A stretch of DNA of 64,000 nucleotides. It comes from Methanobacteriota archaeon (GTDB lineage Archaea; Halobacteriota; Bog-38; Methanoflorentales; Methanoflorentaceae). A program made the translations under genes and the position numbers. How positions within the stretch are numbered: position 1 is the stretch's first letter; each line of letters opens with the position of its first letter. Below, in pieces: positions 52,371 through 62,944 of the stretch. Under the pieces are notes generated by a model. That model did not search any database, was not told the DNA's origin, and saw only the letters and a program-made list of their open reading frames with translations. The stretch covers positions 426,846 to 490,845 of the forward strand of contig CAVRAO010000002.1 of assembly GCA_963719035.1 (NCBI GenBank), in the 5' to 3' direction.

Positions 52371-53228
52371 GTGCAGGTCAATCCCACGACAAGTTCAACG
52401 AATGCTAGCGCGCTCAACGCGACTCGCCTTAGCGCACCGTCCTCACAAGCTCAGAGCAACAATACTAACGCTACGCCGGCCGCAGTTATACTGAAAGTCG
52501 ATGAATCATCCACAAACGCCCCTGTGATAAGCGGAGTCCTGAGCAGCATAGCGAATGGTTTCAATTCGCAACTTACAGGTTCGACGCAAATCGTCGGCGT
52601 CGAGAACCAACAAGTTCTTTCATCGCAGTTCAAATATATCGATTTCTTTGTGCCAGGGATCATAGGCTTGACGGTCCTCACAACCGGCGTGCTTGGCACC
52701 GTTGGAACGAACACTCAGTATCGCAACAACGGAATCCTACGGAAACTCGCGACGACACCTCTCGGAAAGTCTGAGTGGATTATATCTAAAATGTTGTATC
52801 AAACTGTCGTTATATTCATTTCAGCAACCTTAATTATCGTCGTAGCCAAGCTCGTATATAACGTAACAGTAGTGCCCAATGAAGTTACCCTACTGCTCCT
52901 TTTTGTCGGCACTATATGCTTTACCGGAATTGGAATGATCATCGCGCGTTTTATAAAAGACGAGGACGCGGCAAATGCAGCAGCAAGCGCGGTCACTTTC
53001 CCAATGCTGTTCCTTGCCGGCACTTTCATCCCACTTGAAACGATGCCTGAATATCTCCAAATAGTTGCAAGGTTTCTTCCGCTTACTTATTTAAACTACG
53101 GGCTCAGAGACGCAATGATCCTCGGAGACACAGCAAGTGCATTGTATAACATGATGATAGTATTAATCGCAGGGGCCATCTTCTTTGTAATCGGCTCAAT
53201 TATAACCGATTGGCGCGAGGGCGGTTGA
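52371..53228 (+). pseudogene. ABC-2-type transporter permease, apparently 5'-truncated (C-terminal four TM helices + part of the extracellular loop)
   Basis: No N-terminal TM1; low-complexity start; no ATPase partner gene nearby. Confidence 0.45.
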
Positions 53229-53402
53229 ACGGCGTTATGAAAAATATCCGACTCACGCACGGAATAGATAGAGAAAACATCTGCCCTACCAACGCTTGTT
53301 GCTGAAGCGGTCCAATGAAACGCTTCAATTGCCGCTAGAATAAAAAAAGCTTTCGCTAGACAAAGAAGTAGCTAACACAAAAAAAGAAGACGCGGAGCGT
53401 TC

Positions 53403-54182
53403 TTACGCTCCCGCGTAGTACAATGTACCTTTTCCTCCCTCGCCGCGATCTCCTTGGTAGACCTTGACAGCATATTGCGTACCATCATAGTCGATTTGGT
53501 CGTCTTTCTTGTAAATAAAGCCAGTCAGCCAATACCCAATCTTACCGAGGACAATAATCTCGCCCTTCGTCATTTGAGCACCAACTCGACTCTCTGCATC
53601 CCCTTCGATGACGATCTTACCACCGTGCGCGTGAATGCCGGCCTGGAGATCAACGTTACCTTTGACGACGATTTCGCCGGCTACCATAGCTTCGCCTAAG
53701 TCGCTCCCGGCATTGCCGCTTACGACGATCTTACCACCTTTCATGCCGCGCCAGTCACCGCGATAGCTAGCGCCGAGGTAATCACCTGCGTTTCCGTCGA
53801 TGACCAATTCGCCGCCTTCCATGCCTATGCCAGCGTATGCACCGGCGTCACCGTTTACGCGAAGTCTACCTCCGATCATCCAGCCGCCTGCATACATGCC
53901 GACTGAGCCTTTTACCAGAAGCTTACCCGCGGACATTTTCATGCCTATATACTTCACCTTCGGAACTGATCCATCGATGATGATGCCGATCTCGTTCGGG
54001 TCGGGGTCGGTTTCTCCAATTACGTCAAAATAGTCTCCGAGGGCGTACGTTCGGTTGCCCTCGTAGATCTCAACCGCTCGGACTTCGTCAAGCGTCTTGC
54101 CAGCAAAGTCGTCAGGCGTGACGTTATCCGCGTCGAGGAACATATACTCTTTGTCTTTAGGCCGAAGCGTGATCTTTTTCAC
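53403..54182 (-). CDS. fwdC: formylmethanofuran dehydrogenase subunit C
   Basis: 259 aa; repeated G-x-x-G beta-helix repeats characteristic of FwdC. Confidence 0.8.
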   Translation of the reverse strand: MKKITLRPKDKEYMFLDADNVTPDDFAGKTLDEVRAVEIYEGNRTYALGDYFDVIGETDPDPNEIGIIIDGSVPKVKYIGMKMSAGKLLVKGSVGMYAGGWMIGGRLRVNGDAGAYAGIGMEGGELVIDGNAGDYLGASYRGDWRGMKGGKIVVSGNAGSDLGEAMVAGEIVVKGNVDLQAGIHAHGGKIVIEGDAESRVGAQMTKGEIIVLGKIGYWLTGFIYKKDDQIDYDGTQYAVKVYQGDRGEGGKGTLYYAGA

Positions 54183-55886
54183 TTACGCCACCCCCGGTTT
54201 GATAACTAGACCGCGTGCAACGTACTCGTCTTGGACTGGATAGTTGTTCTTCGTGACGCTGTAGAACCTTAAGAACTTCTTTTCGATGTCCTGCATGATC
54301 GCTGGGTCCAGAACGCCGTCCGTGGCATCGACCCAAATCGTACGCTTGTTGCCCTTACTCACAACCTCTCCGTCTATGACGACGATGTCGCCACCTTTAA
54401 TCGTGCAAGCCGTGTCTTTAAACGCCTTTTCAATGCCTGCAGGGTCCGTTGTGGGATCCATGGTCTTCGGGTTGTAGTTGAATATCGCAACATCGGCGTC
54501 AGCGCCGACTCCCAGATGGCCCTTCATATCACCAAGTCCGAGCGCTCGAGCAGGACCCGCGCGTGTCATCTTAGCAATGTCGTAGAAATCAAAAACGCGA
54601 GAGATACCGCCAATAGCGACCCGATCAGGCACTACCTTATGCAACGTCTCAAGTCGGTCCAGCCGAGCTTGATTTGACATAAGCCAGCTAATTATGCGTG
54701 GATAGCGCCTGAAAGGCCCAGCATTGGGATGATCTGTCGTAATGAACGCCTGCATTGGATCATCGATCAGAAGCGCGAGCTCAAGTCCTATGGCCCACTG
54801 GATGCCGCACACACTAATCTTTGGGCTGTATATGTATGGAACGACGCCAGCAGCGGTTTCGAGTTCGATATCGGCATTTGACCACTTGAGGTGGTTCGTG
54901 TTATGGAGATAGAACTCCATCGGGCCGTCAGCGGTCATCGTTGTGGTCTCGTCAAGCGTGACAAACCCAACGTCGACCGTCATATTCTTATTCTTGTTTA
55001 TGCTGTCAGCGATCGTTTGGGCTTCGGTTTCAAAGTCTTTCCACGTGGTACCACCATACGAGTGGAACTGCATATGGGCAAAGTTGATCACTTGGTCCCT
55101 TTTTCCGTTCTTTGGCAAGATCCCTTCAAGGAGTTTGATGGAATCAAGAGTAGTTTGGTAGTTACCTGGATGCCCTAAGTTGTTGGGGTGGAGGTGAATC
55201 GAAGTCGGCAGGTTCAAAGCCTCATTCGCCTCGGCAAGCCCGCTGATAATCTCAGATGGCATTACATCGAAATACGGAACTGGATCGTAAACGTTGACAC
55301 AATTCATGCCCCATCCCCAGGCTTCTGAACCGCCTGGATTGACGAGCTTGATGGCGTATCCCTTCGTCGCATTGAGCATCCACGCTACGAAGGCGTTTAG
55401 TTTGTCCTGCTCTCCACGCTTAACGTACTCCATCACGAGCCAGTTGTTGCCGAGCAGTGTGTAGGCCGACTGGTCAATCAGCGGTGTGTCTGCCATTTCC
55501 TCATGCGTGTGCCGAGCTAATAGCGGCGGCATTGCCGCTTCGTTCACCTGGGTGTAGCCCATGCGCGAATATACGTAGCCGGTCTCAAACACAGAAGGAA
55601 CTGAGAACCCGCCACCCGACCGCGTAAATTTGCCGCGCTTTGACGTATTAAACAGCTTATCCTCGGGCCTCATGTTGCGGCCAACGTTTACCTTAGGCCC
55701 TGCTACGTGGGCGTGTATGTCAATCCCACCTGCCATTACTACTTTGCCGCTCGCATCGATGACTTTGGCGTTAGGAGAGACTTTGTCTACTATCTTGTCG
55801 TCTCGAATAGCGATGTCCATAACATCGCCATTTACGCCATTTTTAGGATCGTAGACGTATCCATTTTTAACTATTATTTCACTCAC
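54183..55886 (-). CDS. fwdA: formylmethanofuran dehydrogenase subunit A (amidohydrolase)
   Basis: 567 aa; amidohydrolase metal-binding …GGIDIHAHV…. Confidence 0.85.
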   Translation of the reverse strand: MSEIIVKNGYVYDPKNGVNGDVMDIAIRDDKIVDKVSPNAKVIDASGKVVMAGGIDIHAHVAGPKVNVGRNMRPEDKLFNTSKRGKFTRSGGGFSVPSVFETGYVYSRMGYTQVNEAAMPPLLARHTHEEMADTPLIDQSAYTLLGNNWLVMEYVKRGEQDKLNAFVAWMLNATKGYAIKLVNPGGSEAWGWGMNCVNVYDPVPYFDVMPSEIISGLAEANEALNLPTSIHLHPNNLGHPGNYQTTLDSIKLLEGILPKNGKRDQVINFAHMQFHSYGGTTWKDFETEAQTIADSINKNKNMTVDVGFVTLDETTTMTADGPMEFYLHNTNHLKWSNADIELETAAGVVPYIYSPKISVCGIQWAIGLELALLIDDPMQAFITTDHPNAGPFRRYPRIISWLMSNQARLDRLETLHKVVPDRVAIGGISRVFDFYDIAKMTRAGPARALGLGDMKGHLGVGADADVAIFNYNPKTMDPTTDPAGIEKAFKDTACTIKGGDIVVIDGEVVSKGNKRTIWVDATDGVLDPAIMQDIEKKFLRFYSVTKNNYPVQDEYVARGLVIKPGVA

Positions 55887-55905
55887 GTTCTCTCACTCTC
55901 CTTCC

Positions 55906-57285
55906 TCACGTTGCCCGCTGCAATATACTGTCAAACGCTCTGACTTCTTCCGGCTCCTTGACCGCTGTGACTTCTGGGACTTCGAGCCCCTGAAGTTCCA
56001 TTACGCGTCTGTGGATGCGCTCAATGATTTCTTTGTCAGTTAGAACCCCTTCAGGCGGTTCAACGACCTTTCTCATTCTTATGGGAACGTTGTCCATGCG
56101 ATATGCGCTGCCTGCGTCCTCAATGCCCACGATCGCGCTTGGAATATACACGGATGCTATCTCCGTCGTTGGAGTCACGTGTGGATCGATGGCTATCATC
56201 GGTATTGAGGCAAGCGTCCGCACCATGTTAATTGGGAAATGCGCTCCCGGATCCGCAGCAATGATCAGTGCCGCATCGGCTTCTTTACGTGCTAAGATGT
56301 CGGTTGCGGAGGTTTCGCCTGGATTGTACCGCGGGAACCCTCGGGCGAAGTCGACCGCGTACGGAAACCCACATTCCCACAACGAAACTTGATCGGCTCC
56401 AGCAACGTTATAATGTCCTCGCATGGCCATAATGAGGAACTTTGTGTACGTGTTCAAGTCCCGCGTTAAGCTTATGGCGATGTCGATATTCCGATGCTTT
56501 CCTCGCGTCATCGTAAGGCCCATACCGAAGAAGATGATTCCAAATCGGCTGTCTTTCATCGTTTGCGCGACCTTTTCAATATCGGCTCTTGGGATCTCTG
56601 CCACAGATTCCGGAAGCGGTTCGCCTCTGAGAGCCACACGCAGCGCATTCATAAGCTCGTAGTCTCTTCCCTGCTCGGGTTGGATGAAGATATCAGCGTT
56701 CTTAGCCGTTTCGGTGTTACGGACATCGACAACGATTTCAGTTCTGTCGGACTTACCCCGCTCGGTGAAGAAGCCGCGCTTGTACAACGAGTACCGGCTC
56801 ATGTGGCGCGGATGTGCGTTTACGGGGTTGCACCCCCAGTAAAGCACCGTATCTGCGCGATTGATGATCTCGCCGAGAGTGCAGCTTGGAACGCCGACCG
56901 TGTGTATCGCCAACATCGACGGCCCGTGGCAACACACTGATGTGTTGTCCATCGTGCCGCCTACGTCTTCGGCAAGCGCCATGCCAGCCTCCTGCGCCTC
57001 ACAATGAGTCGAGCTCCACCCATAGAGAAGCGGGTGTTTGGCGTTAACGAGAATCTCTGCTGCCTTGTTTATCGCCTCGTCCATCGTGCACTCGACGAGC
57101 TCCCCTCCTCTGCGCATGCGCGGATGCAAGTGCCGATCAGGCGCTTGAGCCGTCATAAACTTATTGTCGCCGATGATGCATGCATTTCGTGTCGCGATGA
57201 TCTTCTCGGCATCATCGATATCTACTTCGAGGTCATCACATAACGTTCCACAAAATGGACACACGACGTCTGTTGCGGTTCTCAT
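55906..57285 (-). CDS. fwdB: formylmethanofuran dehydrogenase subunit B (Mo/W-bis-PGD)
   Basis: 459 aa; N-terminal CPFCGTLCDD FeS motif, molybdopterin oxidoreductase fold. Confidence 0.8.
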   Translation of the reverse strand: MRTATDVVCPFCGTLCDDLEVDIDDAEKIIATRNACIIGDNKFMTAQAPDRHLHPRMRRGGELVECTMDEAINKAAEILVNAKHPLLYGWSSTHCEAQEAGMALAEDVGGTMDNTSVCCHGPSMLAIHTVGVPSCTLGEIINRADTVLYWGCNPVNAHPRHMSRYSLYKRGFFTERGKSDRTEIVVDVRNTETAKNADIFIQPEQGRDYELMNALRVALRGEPLPESVAEIPRADIEKVAQTMKDSRFGIIFFGMGLTMTRGKHRNIDIAISLTRDLNTYTKFLIMAMRGHYNVAGADQVSLWECGFPYAVDFARGFPRYNPGETSATDILARKEADAALIIAADPGAHFPINMVRTLASIPMIAIDPHVTPTTEIASVYIPSAIVGIEDAGSAYRMDNVPIRMRKVVEPPEGVLTDKEIIERIHRRVMELQGLEVPEVTAVKEPEEVRAFDSILQRAT

Positions 57286-57731
57286 GCCTCTACTCCTCCT
57301 TGTGTCGTCATCTTTATGAGGGCGATGGCGCCTAAAACCTTCTTTCCTGGCGCAGGGGTTATGGTAACCATTATACCTTTGTATGAAGGCATCCCCGTCG
57401 TATTTGTCTCAGGATCGACGACTTGATTTGCCCATGGCCCCATCGGAATGAATACGATTCCTGGATGCGGCCCATACGGCGATTTAATTGCTCGTACCAC
57501 CACTTCACCGTAGTCAGACTTGACCAAGACGCTCGATCCCGGCCAAACGTTGAGCGTTTTGAAGTCGCTGGGATCGATATGCACGAACCCAGCAGCATCA
57601 ATGTACTCTTGCTTGTCCTTCCATCCTTCGATGGCAACGCCCTGTTCAATGGTCCGTCCGGTGATGAGGTTAGCCGTAAAAACTGGGTCAGAACTCGTCA
57701 TCCGCCGCGACACCTTCCTGCCCTGCTGCAA
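57282..57731 (-). CDS. fwdD: formylmethanofuran dehydrogenase subunit D
   Basis: 149 aa; molybdopterin-dinucleotide-binding beta-barrel. Confidence 0.75.
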   Translation of the reverse strand: MQQGRKVSRRMTSSDPVFTANLITGRTIEQGVAIEGWKDKQEYIDAAGFVHIDPSDFKTLNVWPGSSVLVKSDYGEVVVRAIKSPYGPHPGIVFIPMGPWANQVVDPETNTTGMPSYKGIMVTITPAPGKKVLGAIALIKMTTQGGVEA

Positions 57732-58158
57732 CTGCCTGCTTCAACGGATTGGGGCCCAGTTTCTTAATGGTGTTGACCATATCCTGGACCACCTCTGCCC
57801 AAATGGCACCTTCTGAAGCGGATATCATTGTCATGCGCAAGCGCTCACGGTCGTAACCGTACTCTTCAATGAGCTTTCTTAGGAGCGCAACGCGACGTCG
57901 CGACTTGAAGTTGCCAGCAAGATAGTGACAGTCACCAATGTGGCAACCCGATATAAGCACGCCATCCGCTCCAACGCTCAGGGCCTTCAGCACGAACGCT
58001 GGATCGAGTCTGCCTGTGCACATGATGCGGATGACTCGTACGTTCGTCGGGTACTGCATTCTCGAGGTACCAGCGAGGTCAGCCCCCGCATAGGTGCACC
58101 AGTTACAGAGTATACCTAAGATGTTTGGTTCAAATTCCTCTGCCATTGCTATCACCAC
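57688..58158 (-). CDS. mvhD: MvhD-like subunit (F420-non-reducing hydrogenase delta / Hdr-associated)
   Basis: 156 aa; …[13 protein letters not shown]…, …CTGR…, …GCHIGDCHY…. Confidence 0.8.
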   Translation of the reverse strand: MVIAMAEEFEPNILGILCNWCTYAGADLAGTSRMQYPTNVRVIRIMCTGRLDPAFVLKALSVGADGVLISGCHIGDCHYLAGNFKSRRRVALLRKLIEEYGYDRERLRMTMISASEGAIWAEVVQDMVNTIKKLGPNPLKQAVAAGQEGVAADDEF

Positions 58159-60132
58159 CCCTGGGCAAACGCTTCTATTTCACTCATAATCTGCTCATTC
58201 GTGAAGTGCTGCATCTTTATGGCGCCGCTTGGACACGCGGAACCGCACGTGCCGCAACCCTTACACTTCGCCTCATTGACGCTCGCAACAAGCTTGTCGT
58301 CAACTTGGTGCAGCTCAGTCGCGCCGTATGGGCACAGACCGATGCACGTGGCACAGCCCCCGCAGTGTTCCTGGTCTACGATAGCGTAGATCGGTTCGAG
58401 GGTGACTGATCCCCTGTGTATCGGGATTGATGCTGCTGCCGCTGCTGCCGCTGCGTGACTCACGACATCCGGAATATCTCTCGGTCCTTGGCACATCCCT
58501 GCTAAGAATACCCCATCAGTGGTCGTCGACATGGGGTTAAGCTTCGGGTGCGCTTCTAGCAAGAACCCATCCGGACTGTTAGAAAGCGTCAGAAGCGTCT
58601 TTATCTTCGATGTGCTCTCAGCGGGCACCACTGCATTTGCCAACACTACCATGTCAAGTTCCATCTCGAGGGTTTGTCCAAGGAGCGTATCCTCAGCCGT
58701 TACGGTAAGGTTCTTTGTGACCGGATCTTCGGTGATCCTCGAAACGCGACCTCGGATAAACTTGCCGCCTTCATTCTGAATGCGGTAGTAGAACTCCTCG
58801 TACGCCTTGCCAAAGGCTCGTATGTCCATGTAGAACAAGTAGGGCACACATCCCGGCATCTTCTCGATCAACTGGTGAGCGTGCTTCAAGCTGTACATGC
58901 AGCATACACGCGAGCAGTACCGGCTTAGCACCGTCCTCTTCATCCTGATCACGCGAGCCTGCGCAGAGCACAAAGCCAACGCTCTTAGGCTTCTGACCGT
59001 CAGAAGGCCTGACGACGTTTCCACCTGTCGGACCGGATGCGCTGATCAACCGTTCTAACTCGAGCCCAGTCAAAACGTTGTCGAAGACCTTATAACCCCA
59101 CTCTTCCTTGCGCTCAACGTCGTACATATCGAACCCAGTGGCGACGATAATCGTGCCCACCTTGACCGTCACGAGCTCGTCGGGCTTGTCGAAGTCAATT
59201 GCCTCAAGGTCGCCGCACGCTTCCTGGGTTTTACAGAGGTCACACTTGATACAGCTGTCCATGTCAATGGTGAACTTGAGCGGCACTGCCTGTGGGAACG
59301 GCACATAGGCCGCCTTTCGAGGCTGCAAGCCCAGGTCAAACTCGTTTGGCCGTGAAACAGGACATACCTCTTGGCATTTGCCACAGCCGTTACACTTGTC
59401 TTCGTACACATATCGCGACTTCTGGCGAATGGTAACGTCGAAGTTTCCTATGTAACCGCTTACGTCTTCGACCTCCGAGTAGGTCATCAGCTCAATATTT
59501 GGATTGCGCTCAACGTCGACCATCTTGGGTGTCAGTATACATTGCGAGCAGTCGAGTGTGGGGAACGTCTTGTCGAGACGGGACATCATGCCGCCGATGG
59601 ACGGCTCCTTCTCCACTAAATACGTCTTTATTCCCGCATCGGCAAGCTCCAGTGAGGCTTGGATGCCGGCGATACCTGCGCCGATAACGAGCGCAGCCTT
59701 TTCAACCGGCACTGTCTTTGCAGTGAGGGGCTCCAGCATTGATGCCCGCGCGACCTCCATTCTGACTACATCCTTTGCCTTTTGCATTGCCTTTTCTGGC
59801 TCTTCCATGTGAACCCACGTGTTCTGCTCTCGGATGTTCGCCATCGAAAACAGGAACTGGTTTACTCCGCCCTCTTCAGTCGCTTTCCTAAACGTAGGTT
59901 CGTGTAGCCTTGGTGAACAAGCCGCTACGACCGTCCCGTTGAGGTTGTGTTCCTTGATGGCGTCTCTGATCATGGTTTGGCCGGGCGTTGAACACACATA
60001 CGTATAATCCTCGGCGTATGCAACGTTCGGCAGCGTCTTTGCGTACTCAGCCAACGCCTTAACGTCTATGACGCCTGCGATGTTAGTACCGCAGTGACAT
60101 ACGAATACGCCGATTCTCTTCTCTTCGTCCAT
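58152..60132 (-). pseudogene. hdrA: heterodisulfide reductase subunit A, second copy, in two overlapping frames (58771..60132 + 58152..59024)
   Basis: Frame 1 carries the N-terminus through …LCAGSRD…; frame 2 carries …YCSRVCCMY… through the C-terminal ferredoxin. A +1 shift sits within ~58918-58960 (ccgg). Confidence 0.8.
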
Positions 60133-60150
60133 TTGTGTTTACCTCCTCCC

Positions 60151-61035
60151 TCACAGTAGTTTTGCGAGCAGTGGCTCAACGCTTATCTCGTGGGCATCGA
60201 GGCCCAACTCTTCAGGGTTCATGCCCTGTGCTAAGCCAAGAAGCTGGTTGTAGTGGAGAACCGGCAGGTCGTACACATCCCCAAACTTCTCCTTGATTTC
60301 AACCTGTCCACGATCTAACTGGAGGTGACAAAACGGGCAGACATTTACTACGACGTCTGCGTTTGCTTGCATCATATTGTAGAGCTTTTCGTTAACCATA
60401 TCGAGCGCGAGATCGACCTTATACGATCGAACACCGCCTCCCGCCCCACAACACATCATCTTTTCCTTGTAATCGACCGATTTGGCCCCTAGTGCCTCAA
60501 CCAGCTCATCGAAGAATACCGGTCTTTCTGAAGAACCGAACGTCCTGTCGAACTTTGGCTTTAGCAAGTGACACCCGTAGTGAATGGCCACGTTCAAGCC
60601 GGTCAGTGGCAGTTCAACCGATTCCTTCACTTTCTCAGTTCCGACATCGTTGTATAGAATGTCGATTAGGTGTCGAACCTCAATTGATCCTTGAAACTCA
60701 GTATCTATGTTTGCAAGAATCGAATTGATTTTGTCCTTCAACTCCGGATTGCCTTTAAGCCGGTGATTCGCCTCGAACAGCGACTTATAACAGCCGTTAC
60801 ATATTAGGGCTATGTCTTTGCCTTCCTTTTCAGATAGGCAAATATTTCGCGCTCCGAGCGCAAGCCACGCATCCACATCCATTGATCCGAATGCGCCAGG
60901 TGCGGGGCAGCACGACGCTCCTTTGAAATCTTGTAGATCGATATCGAACTTTCTTGAAGTCTTCACTGCAGACGATTCAATGCCGGGATATCTGTTAGGA
61001 GCGATACAGCCTAGGAAGAAATTATACTCCTTCAT
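60151..61035 (-). CDS. hdrB: heterodisulfide reductase subunit B
   Basis: 294 aa; two CCG domains (…SCCPAPG…, …CCGAGGG…, …CPFCHLQLD…). Confidence 0.85.
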   Translation of the reverse strand: MKEYNFFLGCIAPNRYPGIESSAVKTSRKFDIDLQDFKGASCCPAPGAFGSMDVDAWLALGARNICLSEKEGKDIALICNGCYKSLFEANHRLKGNPELKDKINSILANIDTEFQGSIEVRHLIDILYNDVGTEKVKESVELPLTGLNVAIHYGCHLLKPKFDRTFGSSERPVFFDELVEALGAKSVDYKEKMMCCGAGGGVRSYKVDLALDMVNEKLYNMMQANADVVVNVCPFCHLQLDRGQVEIKEKFGDVYDLPVLHYNQLLGLAQGMNPEELGLDAHEISVEPLLAKLL

Positions 61036-61589
61036 TGACTTTCCGCCTCCATCTCCTCTCTGATTTTAAGTAGTCCCGTAACCTCGAGTATCTTGTTAAT
61101 GTCTTTAATGTACTCTGGGTACGTGTGTGTCGTCGGGGGGTTCTCGGGCAGTCCGAGCAAAACGCGTTTTTTCATGTTACCCTCGCTGTTCGGAACTCCG
61201 TGACCCGTCTTGGAGATCGCGCCCATGATCTTTATCATGCTCATCGGCACTTTGTGCTCCCGGGTCGCAATATTCCGCAGCGCAATGATAGCATCGGTTG
61301 CGATGATCCGGCGCGGGCACCTATCAGAGCACGTATAACACGTTGTGCAGAGCCACAGGTCTGGATCGTCGAGCACCTCTCTCATGCCTAGATTAGCCTT
61401 TCTCATTATCGTTCTAACTCGCAGCCCGCTTCTTTGAGTCATTGGGCAGCCTGCAGTGCACGTTCCACACTGGTAACACATTTGCGCGTTCTTGCCGCCG
61501 CGGGCTTCGACCTCTTTGATGAGATCCGGGTCAAATTGAGTTTTACCAAGCTGATAGTGCTTTGGGTCTCTCATTCCTTCGCTTGTCAT
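61032..61589 (-). CDS. hdrC: heterodisulfide reductase subunit C
   Basis: 185 aa; CYQCGTCTAGCP / CTTCYTCSDRCP. Confidence 0.8.
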   Translation of the reverse strand: MTSEGMRDPKHYQLGKTQFDPDLIKEVEARGGKNAQMCYQCGTCTAGCPMTQRSGLRVRTIMRKANLGMREVLDDPDLWLCTTCYTCSDRCPRRIIATDAIIALRNIATREHKVPMSMIKIMGAISKTGHGVPNSEGNMKKRVLLGLPENPPTTHTYPEYIKDINKILEVTGLLKIREEMEAESQ

Positions 61590-61591
61590 CT

Positions 61592-62704
61592 TTATGTCCC
61601 CAGCTTTTCGATCGTCGGAGTCTTAAGCTCCATCATCTTGCCAGCCGTTTTCTTGTAAAGCTCCGTCTCCGTGCCTTCGATGTGTATCACGTCGCGCTTG
61701 ACCTCAATCGTGTTAGCGACCGGACAAACGTTCACACAGGCACCGCAGAGCACACAGAAGTCGTCGTTAACTTCAAGCTTCGCTGCGATTTCTCCGGGCT
61801 CTTTTTGAGGTGGCAAATACAGTGCGTTACACGGACAGATCTCTACGCATGCAGAACATCCTGCTGGGCAGTTTTCCGTCTTTATGTCAATAGAGCCTTC
61901 AAAGATCTTCTTAATATCAATGGTGTTCTCGATAGGGCACGTCTTTGCGCACCACGTGCAGAACATACACTCATCTTTGTTGATCGTGACCTCGCCCTGG
62001 AGCTTGGCCTCAGCGATCGTACGATCTATTTTTATTGAGTCCGTCGGACAGATCTCCTCACAGATCTTGCACCCATCGCACTCAGCAGAGTCAAACTTCA
62101 CTTCGCCGGCTGCTTCGATGTTGATGGGGGTCGCCTCTTCATGCTCCACCGTCAACGCGTCACAGATCTCACCACAAAGACCACAATAGGTGCACTTGTT
62201 TTCACTTCCCGGGTCCTCGTCGAGTTGCATCTCGGCGGTGTACGTGATCGCTTGCTGTCGCCCAGTGACCTCTGGCACGTTTCGCTCTATCGCGTTGTCG
62301 CGTGGACACATCTCTTCGCAAACCTTGCATCTCACGCACGTGTCTAGGTTTATCTCAGCTACCTTTAGGTAGTGTGGGAATCCTTCCTGGTCAATGAGAT
62401 CGGTCTTCGGCTCACCGTTCTCGGTGAGTTTTAGCGCAGTAAATGGACACAATTCCACGCATACGCCGCAATATGAGCACTTCTTCTGATCGAAGACCAT
62501 CTCGGGGACTTCCATCTCCTTAAAGCCCACAGCGCCGACTGGACCCTTCTCTATGGCCTCTTCTGGACATACTTCTTTACAAATGCCGCAGCCAGTACAT
62601 CGCTCCATGTCAAGAGCGAGGTTGAGGACCTGTACCAGCGTTTTCTGTTCTATGATCGATTTTCGTCCTTCCTCTCTTTTAGAGTATATCGGAAACAAAG
62701 CCAA
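61592..62704 (-). CDS. fwdF: polyferredoxin (FwdF/MvhB-like), ~8-10 [4Fe-4S] motifs
   Basis: 370 aa of tandem CxxCxxCxxxCP motifs. Confidence 0.7.
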   Translation of the reverse strand: MALFPIYSKREEGRKSIIEQKTLVQVLNLALDMERCTGCGICKEVCPEEAIEKGPVGAVGFKEMEVPEMVFDQKKCSYCGVCVELCPFTALKLTENGEPKTDLIDQEGFPHYLKVAEINLDTCVRCKVCEEMCPRDNAIERNVPEVTGRQQAITYTAEMQLDEDPGSENKCTYCGLCGEICDALTVEHEEATPINIEAAGEVKFDSAECDGCKICEEICPTDSIKIDRTIAEAKLQGEVTINKDECMFCTWCAKTCPIENTIDIKKIFEGSIDIKTENCPAGCSACVEICPCNALYLPPQKEPGEIAAKLEVNDDFCVLCGACVNVCPVANTIEVKRDVIHIEGTETELYKKTAGKMMELKTPTIEKLGT

Positions 62705-62719
62705 AGCTCATTCCCTCCT

Positions 62720-62944
62720 TTATTGTGTTAGCTGGATGCAATCTCTCGGACATGCCTGAAGGCAAACGCCGCACGCTTCGCAGACATCCTCGTCTACGGC
62801 GAGGGATTTGCCACCCTGCACTTTGTACGTCTTCTTGGTCGTCGCGGGCTCATCAAAGACGAGTTCAAGCGCGTTGACTGGACACGCCACGACGCAGTTG
62901 TTGCAGCCAGTGCAGCTCTTATCTATGTGTAACGCAAATGTCAC
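62720..62944 (-). CDS. fwdG: 2x[4Fe-4S] ferredoxin, FwdG-like
   Basis: 74 aa; CTGCNNCVVACP / CEACGVCLQACP; first gene of the operon. Confidence 0.6.
   Translation of the reverse strand: MTFALHIDKSCTGCNNCVVACPVNALELVFDEPATTKKTYKVQGGKSLAVDEDVCEACGVCLQACPRDCIQLTQ

Noticed and set aside
58771-59024. Selenocysteine (in-frame UGA) as explanation for split hdrA
   Set aside because: The two parts are in different reading frames with 254 nt of overlap. It is a frameshift, not a stop-codon read-through.
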